64,000 nucleotides of DNA. It comes from Bigelowiella natans CCMP2755. Taxonomy: Eukaryota; Protista; Cercozoa. This document shows, piece by piece, positions 13,520 to 27,632 of this stretch. Below the pieces are notes generated by a model. That model did not search any database. It was not told the origin of the DNA and was given only the letters and a program-made list of their open reading frames with translations. The number at the start of each line of letters is the position of its first letter. Positions within the stretch are counted from its first letter, which is position 1. The stretch lies in contig ADNK01002544.1 in assembly GCA_000320545.1 (NCBI GenBank), positions 62,001 through 126,000 on the forward strand, written 5' to 3'. Made by a program: the position numbers and the translations under genes.

Positions 13520-15130
13520 AAAATGATCAAAAATCCATGTCGCACAATGTGAATGCACACGGCTTGTTGCGACAACGATGTGTTCTCGAAGTGTTCACGT
13601 TGATCTCTGCTGGGGGCCCCCTCAGATGATCCAATCGTAGATCGTCATGTGGACATGGCCTTCAGGAAGTTTTTGCTCAGAGTGGAGGTCTTGCGCCGTC
13701 AGAATTTTGCTGCTAATGTCATTGCTTCTCAATGACCAAGTCATGCCATTTTGGCAAACCAGCTAGTTGATTTGCTAGTCACAGTCCTCACTGAAACCAG
13801 TTCGAGGCACTGCATTTTGCACGCTGCAAGTGTCTTGCAACACTTTGGAAATGTAGTTTTTCATCATTGTTTCATTGTTTGATCTCTCTTGTTTGAGGTG
13901 CAAGCCTTGCCCAACCTTGCATGTCCACCACGTTCCTGTGGCCGACCCATGTGATCATGTGCGCTTGATGGGCACCCTTTGTCCACCCGCTTGGGTCCAT
14001 CCAGTTCGTTGGCTAGTTGGCAGTGTTTGCATGCAGCACAACTTGCTAGCCACAGTCGCCTGTGACACCTTCAGCCATCACTGGACCAGTCCCCTGTTCA
14101 ATCCCAATGGCGACGCACCTCATCACACGTGCGACTGCACTGCCACGACGCGTTCAATCTCAAGGTTACCTAGCTAGACTGTGGCATGTTGAGAACCCGT
14201 GCTAGCGTGCGCACTGCTGGACTGCCTGGACTGTCTGGCTCTGTGGCTGTGCCCACAGCGCTGCGATGGGCTGCCAGCAACAACGCTGGAATCGATCGCA
14301 CAAGAATCACAGGCTAGAAATCGTGCACCATTGGCTGCGACCGTCTAGCCGTGCGTGCTGGACATGGCCGGGTGGCTAGCTCCAGAGCCATTGTCAATGA
14401 CAGCCTTTCTAGCTTTGCACGCGTGCGTGGCTAGCTAGCGTCCAGAGGTCCAGAGCGAGGTGGCCACACGTGCTGCCATCACATGGCCATGACACGTCAC
14501 ATCATTGCCATGCACAGACCTAGAGATCTATGTAGATCGATCCACCGCAGCTTGTTAGTCACACGCTGGACAAACGTGTTGCTTGACACTGCATGCTAGC
14601 ATGCAGATGGACTGCTGTGCATGCTGGCGCAGCGTGCGCGGCACCAGCAGATCGAGAGCACAGCATTGCATGAAACTGCAGACAATGCACCCTGCACAAA
14701 ATAAACACATGACCATTCTCTATGTCTCGCATTGGCGTATCTGCATGGATTCTCAACACACTTGCATGCATGTCTAGACACATGGCGTTAGTTTGGCGAT
14801 GCTCCATCACTACCCGACTTGCATTGCGTACGTGCATGCACACATCACGATGTTGCACGTGCATTGGTCCACAGCTAAAATGTAATTGCGTTAGCTATCA
14901 TCATCCTTTAACGTCTATCCACCGCTTGGCTGTGCTTTCGGTGGAGAGTTTGAAAAAATATCATGTCACATGCAGCATGACTGTTCCTCGTCTCATTTAT
15001 ATTAACGCGTTCTCGTTGGCAAGAATCCCAACGTGCGGTAGATGCAAATGACTATGTCATCGATCTCAATGGTTTTTCCAAAGGACTTGTGTTGCTCACA
15101 ATTACAGTTGGCACTTGATGTTGCAATCAA
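13520..15130. repeat. Hypermutated (TpA-depleted, CTAG-retaining) repeat island
   Basis: In 13890-14525, 12 of the 13 TpA I counted are in CTAG; contains ~115 bp (13772-13884) homologous to 20721-20838. Confidence 0.75.
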
Positions 15131-15608
15131 TCATTTTTTCGTCGACATTAGTATCTGGAACCTGGATTTGCGTAAGAAGAGAGGCGAAGACACAAAATTA
15201 GCCAATGTGTAAAAGCAAAACCAAATTACCATTTGTGATTCAATATCTGCTCTCCAATCGATCTGTGGAAGTCTCTCAACCACTCATGCAAGTGATTACG
15301 TACGCTATATTTTCCCCTATTCTTACACTATATCCTAATTGTTGGCTATATTTGTTTGTTTACCACTGGTAGTTCTGGATCAACCTGATCATAGTAGAAG
15401 AAGTAGTAGTGTTAGTAATAGCATATACGAGTCATTATCACTAGCATTGATAACAGCATTCAATACGACGATATAGAGAGGGATTGTGGAAATAAAATCT
15501 GTTGTCTGCCGTAGTCATTTTAGTAGATTTACCAAAGTGTGAATCAAGTAATCAAAGACGCCTCGGTAGAAGTTAGAGACCTAGTCAGCAAAATAGTAAT
15601 ACTAAATG

Positions 15609-15646
<38 letters not shown>

Positions 15647-15765
15647 CGTATACATATATGAAAACACGTAAGTATAAACTGAGTATATATATTAAATACG
15701 TCCTAATCACAGACAACAGCTGGCATCGTCAACGATGCAAACCAGGAGAGAAACGTAGTCGTCAA

Positions 15766-15799
<34 letters not shown>

Positions 15800-15866
15800 A
15801 TATATAATATCATCCTTGTTTTAATATTTATGTAAATATATTGTCAATATTATATATACATAATAA

Positions 15867-15901
<35 letters not shown>

Positions 15902-16531
15902 ATATATATATTCAATATTGCTTATCACCAAAGGAAGTGAAGGATACAGCACAGAGACATGAATATCCACCCCTATGTATTTTTGTGAGTAGTGTGTTGG
16001 TGTTGTTTATCTAGCTCAATATCAATTGGTCGCTGTAGAAATGACATCTATCGTCCTATTAACGATCTATCTATTTCATCATCATCATCATCATTGCCCC
16101 TCCCGTGTCTTATTCTTGTTGATGTATTATTGTCACAAGACATCTCTTCTTCTTCTTCTTCTTCTTCTTCTTCTTCTTCCCTTCCCTCTGTCTTTGTATT
16201 CATGCAGACAACCAATCAGTCGGAGTTTGTTGTCCTCGTCGTGTGTAGTAAGTTGATCAATGAGCGAAAATCAATCTACTTACCCCTCTTAGTGTAGCAG
16301 TATCCTTTGTACTACTCTCACTACTTTTGCTTCTTTTACTACTACTACTGCTACAACTGCTACTACTACTACTACTACTACTACTACTATATGTTCTTCT
16401 GCAGACGGCTTATTTACCTCTCCCTCTCCCCACTATCCTATCTCCCCCTCTTTATGTTAAATAAATAGCAAGTACCTTCTTTTGTGTCTACTGTGTAGTA
16501 TTCACCGCTACCTAATGTGTACGTAAATATA

Positions 16532-16567
<36 letters not shown>

Positions 16568-16709
16568 CCTTACAATCCCTATGTATGCTAACCAATCAAA
16601 ATTAGGTATTTTCATCAAGGCTCAATGCATGAATCATCCCCACCTCCCTCCCCTCAGGAAGAGGTAGATAACAGGCATTTAAACCTTCATTTATGCTGCT
16701 AAGTCGGAA

Positions 16710-16741
<32 letters not shown>

Positions 16742-18672
16742 TTGCTACTAGTATTAGTCTTGCTGTCGCATAGTTCTTCATGTAATTCAAATCTCTAGTG
16801 CCTACTACTCAAGTGCTATTAGACATATTGCTGTTGTTGTTGTTGATGATGATGTTTTCCAATATAATATATAAATATCACCACGAAACGTCCATGCTCC
16901 TGCTTTTCCTACAGCACAATGTACAGTACACATTATTCACCCAAAATAATCGTGACAGCATCATCCTCGTTATGTGGCGAGATAATATACTGGTATTGAT
17001 ATATAATATACTTTTGCATGCCATAGTCATCACGGCGTATTATGAAGGAGGCTAGTAGTAGTAGCAGCAGTAGTAGCAGTAGTAGTGGTGTTGGTAGTGC
17101 CTTATAGTAGTAACTACCAATAGCAAAAAGCAATAGCTGGAGAGCAGGTTTCTTTGGCAAGATCTTGACAAATTCCTGATATGTACCGAAAACATGTGAG
17201 CATTATGATAAATTTGATTGGTAATACAATATGTTGTCGTTTTTTTCTTGTATCGAGGCTGTTGTTTTTGGAACCCTTCCGTTTCATAGCACAAACCTGG
17301 AAAAAACCTGGAATTCGCACCTAGGTTGATGGTGTGATGGGTGCATAGTCAGCAAAACAGCATGCTATCGAGGCGATGACAAGAATAACGACGATGGCTA
17401 CGAGCACTACACATCAAATCTCTATTTGCAACCAAAAGGCAAAGCAGTATCATTTCTAATGCCTTTGGCTCTCTTTGTGCTCAATCTTATTCTTTCTGGT
17501 GTAAGTGCAATTGGATTTATTGTTATTTGCTATTATTAATTAATACCCTGAGCAGATACTGTGCAGTTCCACTACCGGCGTTAAATAATATGTCTTTTTA
17601 AAACAACAACGGCGACGATAACGACGGTGAGAGCAAATGATGAGGATGACATAATTATCACAAATTGGTTGGTTATTGATTGGTTGATTACCACTGCTAC
17701 AACTATTACTATTGCCTACCAGCAAGCTCCTCGTCGCCTATCAAAGGTTTCAATCCTCGTACTAAGTTGTGGAAGTTCATTTCCTAATCATTGTTTCAAG
17801 AATAGCAGTATAGCGTTAGGTAGCAATCAACATAGCAAGAAGTAGTAGTAGTAGAAGAAGAAGAAGAAGAAGAAGAAGAAGCACAAAACTATAATACTAC
17901 TACCACTACTACTACTACCGCTCATGCGACATAAAACACGTATAATATGTATTTGTTGGTGTCATTGTTGTTATCATCAACTATTATCAATATCATCCAC
18001 CAATCACTATAGTAATTTGGATTTTTGAGTGAGCTGTTTTGACATTTTCTCGCCCTTCATTGCAACCTTACAAGCAATACACAGCACAATATTACCTGTA
18101 CCATCGAATCAGGAAGTTTTTTGGCCAAATAGCCAAATCCAGCTTCCTTCAACAACTGCGAGGCCTAAAGGTATTCACGCACCGTATCATCAAAATCTCT
18201 TTTCCCCCTCTGCTCTTTCTGCTGCTGCTACACTATGGCCGTTATTGAAACACCTTTTCTTCCCCATATTTGTCTTTAAGAGCGCCTGAGATATATTGCA
18301 GAAGGAGTGAGCAAATCACCGTCATTTGTTGATGATCTTTGTGCTCAAGATGGGTTTCATTGATAGCAGCAGATGATGGATTAGTGACTCACCAAGTACT
18401 ACCACTACTACTACCACTTCTGTACGCTATTAAACAAGAATCATGTTAGTTCCAAGAACATAGCAAGTCCGTAACTCACACAATAATGTACAAAGATACA
18501 CCGACCTACGGTCTGAATCAAGGTGTTAGGCCCCACACGAGCCAAGCCCACCTCTATTCGTGTTATAATAGCTAATAATTACAATTGGTACTTGCAATAT
18601 TGCAAAACGCATTTGAGCCATGAATTGAGAACTCCTCTGACCAACTACCACTACCACCACCTCTAGAGAATA

Positions 18673-18712
<40 letters not shown>

Positions 18713-20172
18713 CACACATACACGAACACGAACATGCATAACATATAGCTATCAAACGCTTAGTTGACGATGATGATGTAGCAAAAAATAGTTATAACAG
18801 GTTCATCATTGTAACCGCATTGTATTCAACCAACACGCAGTGCCGCCATTATCACCATCGCTATCATCACTATCATCATAAAGCACCATACCCTTTTCGT
18901 CCCCACTTTCAGAGGCACCCATAGCCATGGAAGATCCTTGGGTTAATTCAAACATTTCAGTCAATCATTCTCACATACATCGTCATATATTCAGCAAATC
19001 CTCATTGCTTCGCCTCTACTACTACTGCTAGTAGTATTAATACGAATTCTCGTTGATTTTTACCCAATGCAGTAGCTGCTGCCAAGGGGATAGTTGTTGC
19101 CTGTAGCACGTATATAGTTCCATACATTGTGTTTAACAAATATCAATCGATGGTTGACAACGTTGGCGAGCGAAATAATTATGAGGAAGTGATAGCAATA
19201 CAGCCTATTTGAAGATTGTTGATAACAACTTAATGCTGGTGATAATGTAGATAACAAGTCAATCTTGATGACAATGCTTTCACACTTTTATGCCTTTTTA
19301 CAACGGACTGGAATTTGTCCAAATTGGATATTTGTTTGAATATCTTAATTGACAAACTCGTCATGAGCACTATTTTGGGTGAAAGGGGGAAAAGGAAGAA
19401 GTGGTGGTGGGGGAGAGGGGGTTGGGCACAAAACAAAAGGGTTGTTTTGGTGTCCCTTTAACCTTGAGAATTGCAGCAGTATTAACAATTTCGGATTGGG
19501 TAATCAAATCTGCTGCCTGTGCCCGCACAAGAAAATATGACATGAAAATTAATCTAAGAATGATAAATGGGCTCATTATATATGAACTGCAGCGTGCTAA
19601 CAGGTGAAAATGATCGCTACTACTATGGCGATGGAGTTGTCTTCAATCACGAACTAATCGATAACGAAACTCACCGACAGTCTCCGACAAAATATGCAAA
19701 TCATTGATTATGGTGGTGAAGGATGGTATTCCATAGAAGTTCAACCTGTGGGGTTTTGAGCCGTTGTTGTAATCTTTGAGTGGGGGCACGTTGGCTATTG
19801 TAGTAATACCCTCCTCCTCGAATCGGCTGCCTTGGGTAATAGGAGGAGGCCTGGAGGGAGAAATATGTCCATAATCATCAATTTGCTCTTGCACACGGAG
19901 AAACAGACGACAAACCCTATTTCCAGTGATAGATGCACGAGTCGACATTCCTGCGCCTTTTGGTGAGGGGGGGGGGATGAATAAATTGTTTTAACCTTGC
20001 AACAGCGTGTGTTTTGATGATGACAGCAGCGAGTCAAGCATTGGAGATTAGTATCGCTGCATAATTTTCTGCGATGATTTCTACCTTGCCGTGAGACTGC
20101 AGCGTATACGTGCAATTGCGCGATTGAGAAGAGAACAGCGAGCAAGGCACGGAAAGTAGTAGGGGCTGCCAT
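15100..20172 (-). CDS. Multi-exon gene of unknown function with an N-terminal signal-peptide-like segment and hydrophobic segments; includes ultra-short introns; 3' end uncertain
   Basis: MAAPTTFRALLAVLFSIAQLHVYAA start; GT-AG exons joined in frame across introns of 25, 20, 26 and 18 nt (19101-19125, 18572-18591, 18228-18253, 18165-18182). Confidence 0.45.
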
Positions 20173-20419
20173 TGTTACGAGCGTAGGGTTGTTGTTGTTG
20201 CGACTGACTACGGCTTCTTTTGTTTGATTTGGTGCGATGTTGTTGTCGTCCTTGTTGTCTGCAGAAAAAGCTTAAAAGAAGGGAAAAGGGACTGCATTTG
20301 TTCAAATATCATGAGTTTTTTGCAGGTCGTAGTAGGAAAATCCGATGTGTGATGGATACCTCACGAAAGCGACTGAAATTTGTTCATAAATTGGTAATTC
20401 TGGGTTGTCGCACACGTCG

Positions 20420-22180
20420 AAATCCACCATTTGATGGCCTCCTCAACGCTTCAGTGCGTGAGGCGTGAAAGTGCTCATTTCTTTCGTCAGCGCTTGTGCT
20501 GCTCCATGCTAGTTCACCTGCTAGCCTGTTTGAGGCACATTCAACCATGCTAGCAGTGCCAATGACACATGATGTTAGAAAGTTGAAGTGAACACGAATT
20601 TTGGATCTTGGATCCTTCCTTTCTCTGGTTCTTGAACCTTGTTGGGTCACTCGTCATGCAGCTGTCAGTTGTGATGTATTCAATGTTTAGTTCGTGCCAA
20701 TTTGCACGAATCCCGCTAGCTTGCTAGTCAGTCTAGCAGTCCTCACTGAAGCCAGTTCGAGGTGCTGCATTTCGCACATTGCAAGTGTCTTGTCACACTT
20801 TGGAGATGCAGTTTTTCATCGTTGTTCATTGTTCGATCATTGTTGGAACGTCGAACGAACACGAACCTTGAATCTTGAACCTTGATGGTTCACTTTTCTT
20901 GGTGACTTGGCAATTTGGGGAGGACACGGATGAGTCAACGTGTCCAATGATCCTGTCAACCGCTCCAACGAACAAAGTCGCTTTTTCCTTTCCTAGTTTC
21001 TTTCGTTTTCTTCTTGTTGCTTCTTGTGCTCTCCTTTCCAGCTTTCGTTTTTGCCTTCTTTCTTTCTGCTGGGGCCTTTCAGATCCTCTCTCGGAATCAC
21101 CTTGCTCACTAGCTCACTGCATTGTTGTTTCTTGTGTGTGATCTGCAACACATCACACACTTCTTTCTGTCCTTGTTTTTTGGTCCAGTGGTGTTCGACG
21201 TTGCGGCTTCTGGACGTGTTGATGTGGTGGACAATTGCGCACACGCTACGCTAGCACGCATGCACGAGAGCACGGCACACACCAGCACGGCCCACGCCAG
21301 CACGGCACGCATGTGGCACACTGGCACACGCCACTGGCCATGCGAGCATGCAAGCTCTGGCTGCAGCCTCTCTGAGGAAATTTCTCTGCTCCAGCACGTC
21401 AACCTGCTCCACGATTTGAAATGGTACTCGCGTGATGATGGCAAACAGTCCAGAATCAATGAGCACTGACAAGTGGCGAAACAACAGACACATTGACGAA
21501 ATTGCGATGAAATGTGTCCAGATGTGTGTGCAGCCTGTCCAGCTGTGCACATGTGACAAGCCGCAGAAAGAGCTGGAGAGAAATTTGATGTCATTCAGGT
21601 CTGGATGAAGGTGCATGTTTTCTTCTTGCTAGCTTGGTGTGTCGTTGCATCATTGCCTCAGTTGTCATGCACTAGTGCAGTCTTTGCATGAACTGTCACA
21701 AGTTGCACGACACTAGGACAGTCTGTGGCGTGGAGTGAGTCAAAAGCGAAATCTTCAGCGATGTGAGGTGCACAGCAGCTGGTTTCACATCAACTTGACT
21801 AGTTATGTACTAGTAACATGCATCACATTACTGTGTCTATTGTGACTTGCTGATGCACAAATCTAGAAATGCGCAGCACCCGCAACATGCCACATGAACT
21901 CCATTTAAGCGGTCGGCACGCTTCGTGCGTACGTAATGACACGGTGTGACTAACAGATCACCGTCAGCTGCAGTTGCTACATATCGCACACACATGTCTA
22001 GAATTAGATGGACCATGTGTACACATGTCAGCACCGCCGATGTTTACCACAAGTTTTATTGAGAACATTTATGCACAGCGCATTGCATTCGTGCATTATT
22101 GCACATGCAGGCTACGGGACAAATGTCTAGTTGCAGATGTCCACACAAGTGTGGATTTGAGTCACAACCTTGGTCGATAG
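20420..22180. repeat. Hypermutated (TpA-depleted, CTAG-retaining) repeat island
   Basis: Most surviving TpA are in CTAG; Tyr-poor ORFs in several frames; shares a segment with 13772-13884; short AGCACGG repeats at ~21269-21310. Confidence 0.75.
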
Positions 22181-22183
22181 ATT

Positions 22184-24389
22184 TTAGCGACACCTTGCTG
22201 TATAAGTGACGCTCCCAGCTCTCGTATCCCTTAGCTTACTCTTGCTTTTGTTACTCTCTGTCTTTGAACCTTCACTTTCTTGGTACGTTGTAGAAGCACT
22301 ATTTTCTGTCTGTTGCTCAAACAACCCTGCTGGCATCGTGAACCAAGCTTTGAATTCTTCAAAGGACACGTTTCCATCTTCGTTCTTATCAGCATGTTGA
22401 AAACAGTTTATTGCTGGGGATATTAGCATTTAAGTTAGCTGCACGTATCCATTTTATGAAACAAACCATTCATTTTAGATAAGATACAAACTCATCGTGC
22501 TACATAATCTATCAAAACACATTACCTGTTGATTCTCCTATCTCTTCAGCACTGTATCGCTTGCCTTCGATTGTGATAAATTGATCATGAAAATTTTTGT
22601 CAAGAACGAAAAGAACCTGGTGAATACAAAATTGCAAAGGTGATATAAAATATTGCATTGATTACGTGAATGCTGATCTCGTATGCCAATATAATTTTAA
22701 TCAACCAATCTTGATAGCAGACATTACGTTCAGTATAATTGAAAGATGCCACAACACGAAGTTACAATTGAACGACGCCCTAAACTTCGCCTTTCACTAT
22801 CAGCTTATTACGTTAAACATGGACGAAAAATAGCCCGTCATTTCTTTCAGTGTAATTTTCCCATCACCATTTAGATCGAACAAGGAGAACAGAAATTTCA
22901 TCTCGCCGGATGAGCTATTTAGAGCCGGAATATGAAATAATAGAATTAAGTTGAAAATAGTGTTCTTTCTTTGAGGGGTGATGACATAAAACATAAATGA
23001 GAGAGATAAACCGAGGAACATGAGATATGCATTGATTGAAACAATGAATCACTGTATGATTTAGTAATATCTTTACAAAACAGCAGCTATCTATCTATTA
23101 CTCAGTAGTAGTATTGGAAGTGTTGTTGCTCCTAGTAACCCCCACTAGAAGACCAACCCCTGCAATAAACTCAACTTTATCGACCATTCCGTCTTGGTTG
23201 CTGTAAGTTAAGAAGTGTTGTAATAATACTGTCAGTATATGGATAAAGTAAGTCAGGACTTGGCAGCATAATTTAACGGTGTGAAGAAGATGAATCACAT
23301 AGCAGAGTTTAAAAAGCCCCTTCTTAATCCCCCCTGCTCCTCTATCCGTTACCGATCAAACGCATCAAAAAGCGTATCAGATAGTTTGGCCATCAAAATA
23401 GAGGAAGATGTGGTACAACTTTTGCTCTCTGTCATTTTGCTGTGAAAACAAAATTGACTTCTGATGCATTGTCAACGCTACAAATCAGTATGTGTGTGCG
23501 TGTGCGTGTGCGTGTGCGTGTGCGTGTGTGTGCGTGTGCGTGTGTGTGCGTGTGCGTGTGTGTGCGTGTGCGTGTGTGTGCGTGATTTTATTCATTTATC
23601 CTACCAGAATGCAGAAATAAAATTTTTCTTTGAGATCTTCCCATTCTCACCAGAGTGTTCATCAAATATGATGAGTATGTTTTCCCTTTTCATATCATTA
23701 CGGACGTTACAATAGAAATTCCTGAATGCACGCTTTTACGAAGTATAATTCAACTTATCTTTGTGAATAAATTCATTCATTCTTACTTACCGAGTCATAT
23801 TTTGTAGTTTAAGATGTTCTCGTAAAAAGGAAAGCATTTTCCCTCCATCAGATTCGTCGGCCTGTATGAATTCATACGATTGCCATGTCAGTCACATATG
23901 ATCTCCGCTCTTTCACCCTACGTGCTTTACCTTGGCAACATCAAAGTAAGGTATACTCTGAATTAGCTCAAAATCATCGAATTGTTCGTCTTCTTCATCA
24001 ATGGCACCAGATCGACACCTATTGCTTTCATTCATTTCAGAATTGATGATGTGAGATTTGGGCATCTTTCTTCTTTTTCGTGGTACATCAAAGAGAGAGG
24101 CCGTTTGATGCAATTCTTCTCATTATTTTCCTGTCTCAAGTTCGAGTGCACGTATTTGTCGCTTCAATGAAATGCAAGGGCTTCGAGAATTAAAGCCCAT
24201 CCTTGAACTTGTCGCAAATTCAAAAATGATGGACAGTGCTGGTGATGATATCTCAGAGATGTATCGCTTCATCTCGAGATCATCTCGAGAAGATCTCCGA
24301 GAATAATGATGATAGAATCTACAAGCACTGACACAGCTGTCCTCGAGGAGTGGGGTATGCAAGACAAACTGAATTCTTGATCGATTCAA
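22184..24389 (-). CDS. EF-hand calcium-binding protein (NCS/calcineurin-B-like C-terminus), multi-exon; start uncertain
   Basis: Exons encode [30 protein letters not shown] and [19 protein letters not shown]-hand loops. Confidence 0.75.
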
Positions 24390-24529
24390 TGGACAATCCT
24401 GGGGAAGAACTAGAGCTCACAATATAAACGGTACAAACTCAGTCAAACGACTCACAAGAATGGCGGCTAGGAACCACACTAAAAGCGTGCTTCATACAGT
24501 AGTAACCAACACTGGACACGAATCTGGAG

Positions 24530-25549
24530 ATGGAGTGGACCTGGGCTGTTGCTCTACAAGTATTTGCCTTGTTTATATTATCTGGATTGGCCGAGATTGG
24601 AGGCGGGTGAGTGGTGTCCTAACGTGTACTTTAAATCAAAGTTTAATAATCAACTAGTCTCATTCTTGGTAACACACAGCGCTTGCGCCTCTACACAATT
24701 TAACATTTGTATTCACTATACATTGTTCCCTATGGTTACTATATTATAAAATATAGATGGCTGGTGTGGGAGACTGTTCGGAGTGGCAAACCTTGGTGGT
24801 CAGTATAGATTGATTATCAGTACTAAATACCCTCACTTTAGCGAAGAAATATCAGAAGACAACACAAAACGCAAATATTGGATCGATTATACAGGTGGGC
24901 TGTAATCGGGAGTGTCGTCCTCGTAATTTATGGGTAATAGCTGTGCATGACTACTTTGTATGTGAGGGGGGTAAAGTAAAATGATTTGGGGTTTTCGGTA
25001 GATGAATTCAATGATTAAGACACACACATCTGTGCATATGGCATATTCAAATCATCAACAATTTGCTATTGACAAGATATGAGTCAGTATATTGGTACTC
25101 GACGATCACCACGCATTCCTTATTGTTCATATTCAATATTACGACTACAGCTTCATCATTATCAATTGTTAAATCACTTTTTGCATCGAGCGAGTTAGCG
25201 TCTGTGCGTTCATGGCTAACGAAGGATTTTGCATATATCACAGATTTATACCAACTTTGCAGCCATTAGATGACTTTGGAAGACTCTATGCTGTTTACGG
25301 CGGTGTATTCATAGTTTTGTCCTTTTCATGGGTGGCCATTTTTGAGAACTTTAGACCGGACTTGGGAGATTACATCGGCAGGTTTTCGTGCATCATGTGA
25401 CTACAATAGCATGCTGCCATCGTGATGATACATTCGATTTCGGTGAGGCAATTGTGTGAGGTACAATATACTGACTATTTGATATCAGCGCAATTGCCCT
25501 TGGAGGAGTTCTGGTTATATTGTTTTGGCCAAGAAATGGCAACACTTAG
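24530..25549 (+). CDS. YnfA/UPF0060-family (SMR-like) small membrane protein, with spliceosomal introns
   Basis: Spliced MEWTWAVALQVFALFILSGLAEIGG|GWLVWETVRSGKPW|WAVIGSVVLVIYG|FIPTLQPLDDFGRLYAVYGGVFIVLSFSW...RPDLGDYIG|..ALGGVLVILFWPR matches the YnfA signature (AEIGG.W, FGR.YA.YGGVFI). Confidence 0.85.
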
Positions 25550-25692
25550 TGACTTTCAACAAAAATACCTTTGGCATCATGGTTTCCGATTGGCTTCACA
25601 TTTTGGTTTCGCGGCAAAGTTGTGCAGATGTGTAGATATACACAGTGTCTTTAGGTAAAGTGGATAGCATATATAGCCGCGGTTCAGAACAC

Positions 25693-25719
<27 letters not shown>

Positions 25720-25726
<7 letters not shown>

Positions 25727-26260
25727 TGTCTAGGCTACAATTATCTGCGTCATCTAGCCATCGACAACGACTAGACAAGCTCGCTATGTCCACATTAATT
25801 CACAAACTAGTATTTTAAATGGCTCTCTGGCTTTGTTAGGGCCATGCACTGCCTGCATCATCGATGTCTCATTGATGATCGACGCAAGTTACGCGATCGC
25901 GCGATGAACGCCAATACTAGGAAGAAATAATTGCTGCACGACGGCGGCGGTAGCACGGCATGGAAATCTGTGCGTGTGCTGCAGCTAGTGCAGCCGTCTG
26001 TTACTCGTCATTGCATACTAGTCTAGCATACTCCGGCACATCACTACTAAGACTACTAGCACGTGCGCCATGCATGCTAGCTAGCGCTAGCTAGCATGCT
26101 ACGCATGCGTGTCAATCTAGCTAGATCTAAATAGATGCTTAGATGCGCGTAGCGTGGATGTCATACCATTTCATAATAATAACACTGTCTTGGCAAGATA
26201 ATTGAGTAAGACCGCTGTGTAAAAACAGCAAGCACGATGCTAGCGAAGCACGCAGAGCAT
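25720..26260. repeat. Intergenic, partly TpA-depleted, CTAG-rich island
   Basis: Dense CTAG/CATG/TGCA, e.g. CATGCTAGCTAGCGCTAGCTAGCATG at ~26073-26098. Confidence 0.5.
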
Positions 26261-27129
26261 GCCATTTACTATAGTCATTCAATGTAGGTCAATGCCAGAT
26301 GTATGATACTGTTGTAATTCACCATGCCCTGGATGCGTGAAGGGCCGTCGTCCTTAGCACTCACCTCCATGCGTAGAGGTGAGCGAATAACGTGGTTAGG
26401 ATAAATGTTGAAACTACCTGTTTTGTGTGTCGGTTTGGGTACATAAACCCTCCAATTCAAACGTATCCATATACGTCCCGTGATTCTTCTTTGCATGGCA
26501 TGTACGATGACCAGAATCTATGTAAATTAGCTGTTTATACTGCTGCACGGAGGAAAACTGAATGCATCTGGCATAGATGGCGCTATTTTTTCTTGGTTCC
26601 CATATTCTGTTGCAAACCAAATCAATATTTAGGAAACATCACTTTAAGTAAACCACTTATTTGAAAATCCGAATTACCTTTGGGGGGTGAAAGATGAAAA
26701 CAGCAATAACTGCGACAATTGCTACAAGGAGCAAGCAACAGATACCCTGAAGAAAAGGTCAGAATACAACGATAAGCGGTTGCGACTTGGATGATGACAG
26801 AAAAGAAGATACTGATGCTCATGATATCACATGTGAAGACAAAGATATTCGGCTTACAACAAATTATCGATTTGTCTCTGTATCATATATGAAATCACTA
26901 TCCGAGGAAACGACTGTCAAATGCCACATAACCAGATTATTGGTTGTATGACATATAAAAATATGGTTTTAAAAAATGCTACTAAATTAAGAAATATCTT
27001 AATTAATGCACTCTATTCATATATCGTAAGATTCTAGGGAAGAAATAACACAAAACATAGTCAAATGTGCTGCTCTACGCATTCTCCTTATCTTCCTACA
27101 CTAAATTAGAATAGTCTATTGAAACTATA

Positions 27130-27600
27130 AGGAACATACCCCAATTATTCTTGACCTCCAGACAGCGCAACAATGCCTTCTTCGAATCTAGTGAATATTT
27201 ATCATTATGATCAGCGTCGTCGTGACCGTCATCATCATTATAGTCATCTTCACATTCGTCATGCTGCAATCTAGGTGTAAGAAAGCAGCTCGTCTTCACG
27301 TATTAAATTAACAATGTAGCCCAAACAGAGCTGCATATCCTTCAAAAATGCTAACCTGCACTGTCGTCTTCCTGAACCTTTAGTCGTCAAGTTTTTATTA
27401 CGGAGAAGAGGAAGAAGTAGGGAAAAGGCAGTGAGAAACAAGAGTAGCATCTCACAAGGATGGCAGCATGAAATCGAAAGCAAAGTACCTCATACTATCC
27501 TCTGTCAACTCTTCCGTTTTTTCACAAACTTCTTGAAGATCTTCCCCTCTGCGTAATTGTCGCCATATAAATGGTCATGATCATTGTCATAAAAGATGTT

Positions 27601-27632
<32 letters not shown>

